Source: Candidatus Bathyarchaeota archaeon
Lineage (GTDB): Archaea; Thermoproteota; Bathyarchaeia; Bathyarchaeales; Bathycorpusculaceae
NCBI GenBank assembly: GCA_963815095.1
Contig: CAWFFH010000003.1
Location: 416,001 to 480,000 of the forward strand
Direction of reading: 5' to 3'
DNA: 64,000 nt
A program made the position numbers and the translations under genes. A model generated the notes under the pieces. The model made no database searches. It was not told the origin of the DNA and saw nothing but the letters and a program-made list of their open reading frames with translations. Position 1 is the first letter of the stretch, and the number at the start of each line of letters is the position of its first letter. This document shows, piece by piece, positions 57,513 through 64,000 of this stretch.

Positions 57513-58264
57513 TTGACCCGCGGACGAGCGTTATTAACGATCGTTTAGCGCGGATAACCCGAATTATCGCAGTTTCAAGCGGCAAAGGCGGCGTGGGCAA
57601 AAGCATGGTCGCCACAACTTTGGCACTCTCCCTTGCCAAAGAAGGAAGCAAAGTCGGCCTCTTTGATTTAGATTTTACAGGACCCTCAACTCACATAATT
57701 ATAGGAGCCGCAGCAAATGTACAACCTAAAGAGGACAAGGGAATCGTGCCGTCCCAAGTTGAGGGTTTAGCCTACATGTCACTTGTCTATTTTGTCGGAG
57801 ACAACCCTGCGCCGTTACGGGGATCCGACATTTCAAATGCCCTCATCGAGTTGTTATCGGTTACTCAATGGGGTACCCTTGATTTCCTTATCATCGATAT
57901 GCCGCCTGGAATCGGTGATGCAGTTTTGGATTTGGTGCGGTTAGTTGACCGGTTGGAATTTTTGATTATTACTACACCTTCGCTTTTGGCTTTTGAAGTG
58001 GTCAAAAAGCAGGTGGCGCTGCTTTGCGAGCTTAAGATGCCTATAATTGGGGTTATTGAGAATATGAAGATCGACAAGGCAAACTGCGTTAAGTTAGAAA
58101 TAGAAAAACTGGGGCTAAAATATCTTGGCGCTATCCCATATGACCCAAAAGTGGAAGAAGCAATCGGCAATCCAGCGAAACTATTGGAGACAGCTGTTGG
58201 CAGAGCACTGCCTCAAATTAATAAAACTGCAAAACCGAAAAAAGTGACTTCAAATGGTTTGTAG
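57509..58264 (+). CDS. Mrp/MinD-family ATPase, probably the ATPase-type HypB
   Basis: SGKGGVGKS, DLDFTGP, DMPPG, ENM; lacks the ApbC CxxC; IDPR N-terminus; overlaps the hypA stop. Confidence 0.8.
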   Translation: MIDPRTSVINDRLARITRIIAVSSGKGGVGKSMVATTLALSLAKEGSKVGLFDLDFTGPSTHIIIGAAANVQPKEDKGIVPSQVEGLAYMSLVYFVGDNPAPLRGSDISNALIELLSVTQWGTLDFLIIDMPPGIGDAVLDLVRLVDRLEFLIITTPSLLAFEVVKKQVALLCELKMPIIGVIENMKIDKANCVKLEIEKLGLKYLGAIPYDPKVEEAIGNPAKLLETAVGRALPQINKTAKPKKVTSNGL

Positions 58265-58988
58265 AGCGGTTATTTTTGATTACATCGGCACTTTGGTTAA
58301 TTGTAGAAACTACTCTATGCAGGACTCTGAACAAAAACTCCACAATGCATTGGTAGCCGAAGGCCTTAGAGTTGATAAAAATAGGTTTTTAGCCGCCTAC
58401 AATATTTCGCATGAGAAATACCGCAAAGAACGTTACGAACAATTGCGAGAGGTAACAAACGCGATTTGGGTCGCCGAAGCATTAACCAATTTAGGTCTTG
58501 AGGTCTCGGCGGATGATAACCGCGTTAAGGCTGCATTGAACATTTTTTTTCAAGACTTCATAGACACCCTAGAGCTAAGAGAAGGTGCAAAAAAACTAAT
58601 ATGCCAAGCTAAAGAACAGGGTAAGGTGGGTTTAATCTCTAACTTCACCCATGCACCCGTCATTTATAAAAGTCTAAGAAAAGTTGGGATTAGCGAGTTT
58701 TTTAATGTAGTTGTGGTTTCGGATGAGGTTGGGTGGCGAAAACCCAGTTCTTACATTTTCCAAGATGCACTTAATCGACTTCAAATCCCAGCGAGCGAAG
58801 CAGTTTACATCGGCGACAGTCCCATCGAAGATATCAAAGGCGCCAAAGCAGCAGGGTTAAGAACCATCTTTGTTCCATCACAATTCTACATACTTAAAGA
58901 CCTAAAAGAAAGCAAACAAGAACCAAACTTTATCACAAAAGACCTAACAACAGTTTCAAAGAACCTAAATCGGATTCTTACTAACTGA
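58254..58988 (+). CDS. HAD-superfamily hydrolase
   Basis: FDYIGTL, ISN, KP, IGDS...DIKGA. Confidence 0.88.
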   Translation: MVCRAVIFDYIGTLVNCRNYSMQDSEQKLHNALVAEGLRVDKNRFLAAYNISHEKYRKERYEQLREVTNAIWVAEALTNLGLEVSADDNRVKAALNIFFQDFIDTLELREGAKKLICQAKEQGKVGLISNFTHAPVIYKSLRKVGISEFFNVVVVSDEVGWRKPSSYIFQDALNRLQIPASEAVYIGDSPIEDIKGAKAAGLRTIFVPSQFYILKDLKESKQEPNFITKDLTTVSKNLNRILTN

Positions 58989-59057
58989 ACCTCAAGTCCG
59001 CCGGCGAGTGGTTGCATTTCTAAAATTGGAGGTTGCCAAAAGTTACAGGCCACTTTG

Positions 59058-60377
59058 CTATGGCGTCAGTCTAACCCTATCGCGCGGATAAAGGGTTACT
59101 TCTCTGATGTTCTTGTTTCCAGTTAGAATCATGGTTAACCTTTCAAGTCCTAGTCCCCATCCTGCGTGGGGTGGCATGCCGTAGTCGTATGCTTGCAGAT
59201 GACATTTGAATGATTCAGGATTCAAGCCCTTTTCTTTGAGCCTTTGGATTAGTTGGTCTTTTTGGGCTATTCTTTCCCCACCGGAAACCAATTCAATGTA
59301 ACGCCACATTAAATCGAACCCTTCACAGACTTCAGGTTTGTCTTCGCGTGGTTTAATGTAGAAAGCTTTTGCATGAGTGGGCCAATTTGTTATGAAATAG
59401 AAGAACGGGTAAAGTTTGCCTAATACCCGAAAAGCCTCAGTTGGGATATCTTCGCCCCAAGGAATTGTTACGCCTTGCGCTTTGAGGTCTTCGAGGACTT
59501 GGTCGTATGTTAAGCGTTTGAAAGGGATTTCTGGTACCTCAAACTTGTACCCAAGTACCGACAACTCGCTGGCGCATTTCTCTTTTACAACAGTGCAGGC
59601 GTAGTGAATGGCTTGTTCAAGAAGCGCCATAACATCGGTGGCATTAGCAAAGGCTGCTTCAATGTCGACTGAGGTAAACTCACTTAAGTGTCTTCTTGTG
59701 TGGGATTCTTCGGCGCGGAAGAACGGTCCAACTTCAAAGACTTTCTCAAAACTGAGCGTTAATTCTTCTTTGTAGAGCTGAGGGCTCTGAGCAAGATAGG
59801 CTTTTTGCCCAAAATAATCGACGCTAAAAAGTTCTGCGCCGCCTTCTGTAGCAGAAGCGATGATACGTGGAGTATGAACTTCCAAAAAATCTTTCTTGAA
59901 GAGAAAGCTGCGGATTGCTTCAAGTGCTGTATGTTGAACTTTGAAAGTGGCTAAACTGTGTTCTTGGGTGAGGTCAAGAGGTCTTGCATCTAATCTTGAT
60001 TCGATTAGAGCGGGGGTTTTGCCGGTGATGTCAATGGGAAGCTGCTCCGTTGCTATGTTAAAAATCTTGAAGGCACTTGGAATTACTTCGATGCCTCTTG
60101 GAGTCATGTTGGTTTTTTTAACATTTCCCTTAACGCCTATGCTGAATCTTTTTTGAAGAAGGTCAGATTTAGCTAAAACTTCAGGAGCGATTCTTTTTTT
60201 GGGGATGGTTAATTGGATTGTTCCTTCGCGATCCTGCATTATAATAAAGCGGATTCCGCCAAGGTCACGGATATCTTGGACCCAACCAAAAAGTGTGACT
60301 TCTTGACCGTCAATTTCAGGGGTTATTTGGCTTGTATAGTGAGTTCTAACATAATCGCCGATAGAGTCCAAGTTCAT
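59058..60377 (-). CDS. aspS: Aspartyl-tRNA synthetase, archaeal type
   Basis: OB-fold GWV..IRDLGG, TEGG, LAQSPQLYK, FRAE, GMPPHAGWGLGLER, PRD. Confidence 0.95.
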   Translation of the reverse strand: MNLDSIGDYVRTHYTSQITPEIDGQEVTLFGWVQDIRDLGGIRFIIMQDREGTIQLTIPKKRIAPEVLAKSDLLQKRFSIGVKGNVKKTNMTPRGIEVIPSAFKIFNIATEQLPIDITGKTPALIESRLDARPLDLTQEHSLATFKVQHTALEAIRSFLFKKDFLEVHTPRIIASATEGGAELFSVDYFGQKAYLAQSPQLYKEELTLSFEKVFEVGPFFRAEESHTRRHLSEFTSVDIEAAFANATDVMALLEQAIHYACTVVKEKCASELSVLGYKFEVPEIPFKRLTYDQVLEDLKAQGVTIPWGEDIPTEAFRVLGKLYPFFYFITNWPTHAKAFYIKPREDKPEVCEGFDLMWRYIELVSGGERIAQKDQLIQRLKEKGLNPESFKCHLQAYDYGMPPHAGWGLGLERLTMILTGNKNIREVTLYPRDRVRLTP

Positions 60378-60391
60378 GCTTTTTTGCCAAC

Positions 60392-60901
60392 CTAATCTGC
60401 AATTTCAACGCGTAAGGACATCTTGCGTACTTTACTGGCAATTTCCTTTAAAGCTTTAAGGTCAAAGGGTAGCTGTGCGCCACGTTTCCTCTTGAGAATT
60501 ACCCGTGTTTCAGTGGTTCCGTCTGGAATCCAGATGGTGTTGATGGTCAAAATGCTGAAGGGTATAAAGAGGTCTTCGAGGAATTTGCGGTCGTCAACGC
60601 CATGCTCGAGGACGCGGACGTTTTTGCCTGTTTCGTCACCGAGGGTCTTAACGATTTTACCGCCGTAACCTAAAAGTTTAGGGACATCTCCATGTCCGAC
60701 GAGGATGGCTAAGGTTTTTTCAACCTCAACTGCCTTGTAGAAGCAGACGTTTTGCAGGGAAGGATACTTTTCTTCCAGGGAGAGCAGTATGCGGGCGACC
60801 TTCAGGTCTATTTCGCTGATTTCGCCAGCTTTGACTTTGGCTGAACATTTTTGGCATAGTATGCCGCTTTTTAGGCAGAAACTGCATAGTTCTGTTTTCA
60901 T
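60392..60901 (-). CDS. Archaeal NusA-like KH-domain protein with N-terminal Cys4 motif
   Basis: CSFCLKSGILCQKC; KH GxxG loop LGYGGKIVK; ATG at 60901. Confidence 0.7.
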   Translation of the reverse strand: MKTELCSFCLKSGILCQKCSAKVKAGEISEIDLKVARILLSLEEKYPSLQNVCFYKAVEVEKTLAILVGHGDVPKLLGYGGKIVKTLGDETGKNVRVLEHGVDDRKFLEDLFIPFSILTINTIWIPDGTTETRVILKRKRGAQLPFDLKALKEIASKVRKMSLRVEIAD

Positions 60902-60946
60902 TTGGTGTCGTTTTTCCTGCAAAGAAGGAGTTTAGCTTTACGTGAT

Positions 60947-61234
60947 TTACCTTATCAGTGTGATTTCTATTGTGCTAACATTGGTTGCTGTATTGCCTTC
61001 CTCTTGGTCTTGTGGAAGGAATTGGTCTGTTCCGATGCTGATGCTTTTTATTTTTGCATCAGGTAGGAATCTGTGTCTGACAACTTCAGCTACATCGATC
61101 GCTCGGCTGATTGATCTGCCGCGTGCTTTAATGCTGACTTCTTTTGCGCCGCCGTGGAAGAACGTGATGCACGCGAGGACATAGTTCATTATTGGTTTTT
61201 TGCCAATCAAGACTGCACTGGCGTCTTCCGTCAC
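60947..61234 (-). CDS. albA: DNA/RNA-binding protein Alba
   Basis: [34 protein letters not shown]; GTG at 61234 is the likely start. Confidence 0.95.
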   Translation of the reverse strand: MTEDASAVLIGKKPIMNYVLACITFFHGGAKEVSIKARGRSISRAIDVAEVVRHRFLPDAKIKSISIGTDQFLPQDQEEGNTATNVSTIEITLIR

Positions 61235-61537
61235 GGTTCCGCTTAACTCCTGGTTTACTTTAGTAGCTTGACTTAAGCTTTTTTTCAAAATAAATACATT
61301 GTGGTGTTTAGTTTGTGTTATTGCAGAAGGCAAATTCGATCGTTTTGGCTAAAAGAGGACTTGATTTTTAAAGGATTTTGATGAAGGACACATTCAGTAG
61401 AACCATGCGCGCAACGTCAGGAATTATTTTCTGTTTCTAAGATTGTTAATGTGACAGCATGTAAGCTGTTTAGCAGTCATATTCTTAAGCAAGTATACAA
61501 CTATTGTAAAGGTTTAACTTAACAAAACACCACATAA

Positions 61538-62005
61538 GTGACCAAATTGGAACCATTAACTAAACGTTCAATCCAACTCTTAAAAACTCTCTACGAAAAA
61601 GGCAAATCTACAAACACCTACACCCTTAGAGTAAAACAAGACGAACTATCAAACCAATTAGGAGTAAGCAGACAAGCACTAAACGTACATTTACGCAAAC
61701 TCAAAAACAGAGGATACATCCGAACAGGAAGAGGCTTCATTGATGTTACTGAAAAAGGTTTAAGCGCCCTTGGTGTATCCACAACACCCGCCTTCATACT
61801 CCTAAAAGTTTCACCCATCAAACGCATCCACGTTTATGAGCAAATCCATGAACTTGCTGTTTCCAGAGCTTTCCGCATTGCAGGCGAAGTTGACGCACTG
61901 ATCATTGTTGAGCGAGAGAACTTGGATGAAATATTAAAAAAACTCTACAGCATCGATGGAATTGAGGATACACGCTCTTACGTTACCATTGAAGTAATCA
62001 AGTAG
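61538..62005 (+). CDS. Lrp/AsnC-like transcriptional regulator
   Basis: wHTH (QDELSNQLGVSRQALNVHLRKL..GYI) plus C-terminal IAGEVD...IDGIEDT RAM-like domain. Confidence 0.8.
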   Translation: MTKLEPLTKRSIQLLKTLYEKGKSTNTYTLRVKQDELSNQLGVSRQALNVHLRKLKNRGYIRTGRGFIDVTEKGLSALGVSTTPAFILLKVSPIKRIHVYEQIHELAVSRAFRIAGEVDALIIVERENLDEILKKLYSIDGIEDTRSYVTIEVIK

Positions 62006-62107
62006 GCGATGGTTTTATCTTCAGTACAATAAGTCCAAGTTTAGACAAAAGGTATATTTGATACTTAAACATCAAAGAGTTAGCCAAAACGGAAGGTTTA
62101 CAATAAA

Positions 62108-62269
62108 ATGCCAATATTAGATCCAGTAAAAAAAGCCATAGCACAAGAACACCGCTTATACATGAAAATCTGTCGAGACTGTGGCTCACGTAATGCGGCA
62201 ACCGCAATAAAATGCAGAAAGTGCAAGGGCAAGAACCTGCGCTGGAAGAAACGAGAAATAGTAAAGTAA
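62108..62269 (+). CDS. rpl40e: 50S ribosomal protein L40e (53 aa), not in ORF track
   Basis: Manual translation MPILDPVKKAIAQEHRLYMKICRDCGSRNAATAIKCRKCKGKNLRWKKREIVK*; ICR.C..RN...A.KCRKC...LR.K signature. Confidence 0.93.
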   Translation: MPILDPVKKAIAQEHRLYMKICRDCGSRNAATAIKCRKCKGKNLRWKKREIVK

Positions 62270-62473
62270 CCAGTTTTACTTTTCTTTTACATAATTATGC
62301 GTAAGGGAAGCAGATTTCTAGCCCGCTATTTTTTTGTTGCCGTTTGCATAAGGCATCGAATGTCTACATTCTAGTTACCGCTAAAACATCAATAGACCTA
62401 CCGCTCGTAGGGTTGATGGCAAAATTATAAAGGGATGCCCACACACTATCTTAGTAACCGGTGAATATTGATT

Positions 62474-62845
62474 ATGAGCAAAAACGAAATCGCCGTAACC
62501 TACGAACCATTCCAAGAAATCGTGATAATGGAAAAAACCCGTTTTAACAGTCCAGAAGACATCGCGCGGTTCACTTCCGTCATAGCAGGAGGTAAACTAG
62601 CAGGGCTTTACTGGGTTGACGGCGTAGTCTTTCTATATTTCCCGCTAACAGCTTCAACGGCCATAGTTGCTAAGGAACTGCTTGAGAAACACAAGGTCTA
62701 TTGGACCTTTGTCGGCTACGCAATGATGCCAAAGTACATGCCAATTATTGAAACTAAAGAAAAAATGATTGTGCCCGTAGTTGAGATATCATCTGACCCA
62801 ACTCTAAAAGCAGTTGCTCGCTGGTTAAAAGAATTAAAAGAATAA
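62474..62845 (+). CDS. Hypothetical protein
   Basis: Plausible globular ORF with TTATAAA upstream; no family recognised. Confidence 0.6.
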   Translation: MSKNEIAVTYEPFQEIVIMEKTRFNSPEDIARFTSVIAGGKLAGLYWVDGVVFLYFPLTASTAIVAKELLEKHKVYWTFVGYAMMPKYMPIIETKEKMIVPVVEISSDPTLKAVARWLKELKE

Positions 62846-62866
62846 ATCCGCCCTTGAGGCTAAGTT

Positions 62867-63253
62867 TTGCCTAAGATAGTATTCAAAGGCACAGTTTTTT
62901 CAGGCGAGGGCAACGGAAAAAAATTTGTGGCGCTGCCATGGTTTAAGCGGCAGGTTGAGGAAAAGTTGAGTTTTTCTCCTTATTTGGGAACCTTAAACGT
63001 GCATTTGCTTGGAAAAGAAGTTGAGAAGCGAGTACTGCTTGAGACTACAGGGAGTATAACGGTTAAGCCGCAAACAGGTTACTATTCGGGATTACTTTTC
63101 AAAGCAACCATCGATTCCTTGGAGTGTACAGTTGTAATTCCAGTAATGCCCAATTACCCACGCGATGTTTTGGAGGTTATTGCACCCGTTTATCTACGTG
63201 GCAGCCTCAAGTTGGTGGATGGCAGCTTGGTAGAGGTTTCCGTTAACGTTTAG
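62867..63253 (+). CDS. ribK: CTP-dependent riboflavin kinase
   Basis: G.VFSGEGNG, PYLGTLN, EVIAPVYLR..L.L.DG. Confidence 0.88.
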   Translation: MPKIVFKGTVFSGEGNGKKFVALPWFKRQVEEKLSFSPYLGTLNVHLLGKEVEKRVLLETTGSITVKPQTGYYSGLLFKATIDSLECTVVIPVMPNYPRDVLEVIAPVYLRGSLKLVDGSLVEVSVNV

Positions 63254-64000
63254 GGCCATTTGCTTTTTTGAACGCTTCCATGTATTCGTCTCGGCAACCA
63301 GCTTTTTTCAGGTATGCACCATAAGTTACTAGCGCTTTCATAGCTCGTGCTGCATCTTCGGGCGATTCAAACGAGGGTACGCCGAGTTTGTCAAAGCGTG
63401 CGCGGGTGTATAGGGCCATTTCTGTTTCGCCGATGTCGCACATGACGAAGGGTTTGGTATAGTTTTCTGCAACTTTGACTATGCCGTCGATGTATACTTC
63501 TCTGAGTCCTGGCATGTGATGAAGCCCGAGAAGGATTATGCCATGGATAGTGGGGTCCTGGAACATCAGGTCACCAGCCATAACAAACATTTCATCGGTT
63601 ACGGAACCTGTGAGGTCCACTGGGTTTGAGGTTGCGGCGATTTTTAGGATGATGTTTTGGTCTTTGAGTTCTTGGAATTTCTGAAACGTTTCTTCGCTGA
63701 AACGTTCCACTGTCAAACCTAAGGCTTCGCATTCGTCAACAGTCATGACACCGGGTCCGCCTGCGTCGGTTAAGATGCCGATGTTTTTGCCATTGGCTGG
63801 CGGCTGCATCGCTAAGGCTTTGCCTATGTCAAAGAACTCCTCCATGTCGCGTGCTCTGATGATTCCGCCCTGCTTGAACGCGGCGTCGTAGATTTTGTCT
63901 GAGCCTGCGATGGCGCCGGTGTGGGATGCCGCTGCTCTTGCACCTGCAGCACTTCTGCCCGACTTAATTATGACGACGGGTTTTTTGCAAGTTACCTTCT
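63243..64000 (-). CDS. ADP-forming acetate/acyl-CoA ligase alpha subunit, C-terminal part (runs off window)
   Basis: KSGRS..GARAAASHTGAIAG near the window end, LTDAGGPGV, NPVDLTG, PEDAARA. Confidence 0.9.
   Translation of the reverse strand, partial: KVTCKKPVVIIKSGRSAAGARAAASHTGAIAGSDKIYDAAFKQGGIIRARDMEEFFDIGKALAMQPPANGKNIGILTDAGGPGVMTVDECEALGLTVERFSEETFQKFQELKDQNIILKIAATSNPVDLTGSVTDEMFVMAGDLMFQDPTIHGIILLGLHHMPGLREVYIDGIVKVAENYTKPFVMCDIGETEMALYTRARFDKLGVPSFESPEDAARAMKALVTYGAYLKKAGCRDEYMEAFKKANGPKR

Overview
Archaeal chromosomal segment, most likely Bathyarchaeia/TACK (inferred from PolB1-type polymerase, AglB/AglH, Alba, L40e, GPN GTPase, CTP-dependent riboflavin kinase, frequent TTG/GTG starts and large membrane-anchored PQQ-like beta-propeller proteins). 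Both ends are housekeeping: 1-9.4 kb (RsmB-like methyltransferase, polB, aglH, aglB, topA) and 53-64 kb (GPN GTPase, RidA, MetK, CinA-like, HypA/HypB, AspRS, NusA-like, Alba, L40e, RibK, ADP-forming acyl-CoA ligase). Between them is a ~43 kb block (9.5-52.3 kb) with nine radical SAM genes (five cobalamin-binding, three SPASM, one HemN-like), all on the + strand. They are interleaved with four large secreted beta-propeller genes (all on the - strand), cobamide-loop genes (CobD-like, CbiB), an RnfC+RnfD pair without the other Rnf subunits, an ECF S-component-like protein, class I methyltransferases, glycosyltransferases, a degenerate amidohydrolase and three local regulators. Two small genes missing from the ORF track were found (a 56-aa Zn-ribbon protein and L40e). 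I saw no rRNA, tRNA, CRISPR array, transposase or integrase. All calls come from motif recognition by eye; no database searches were run.
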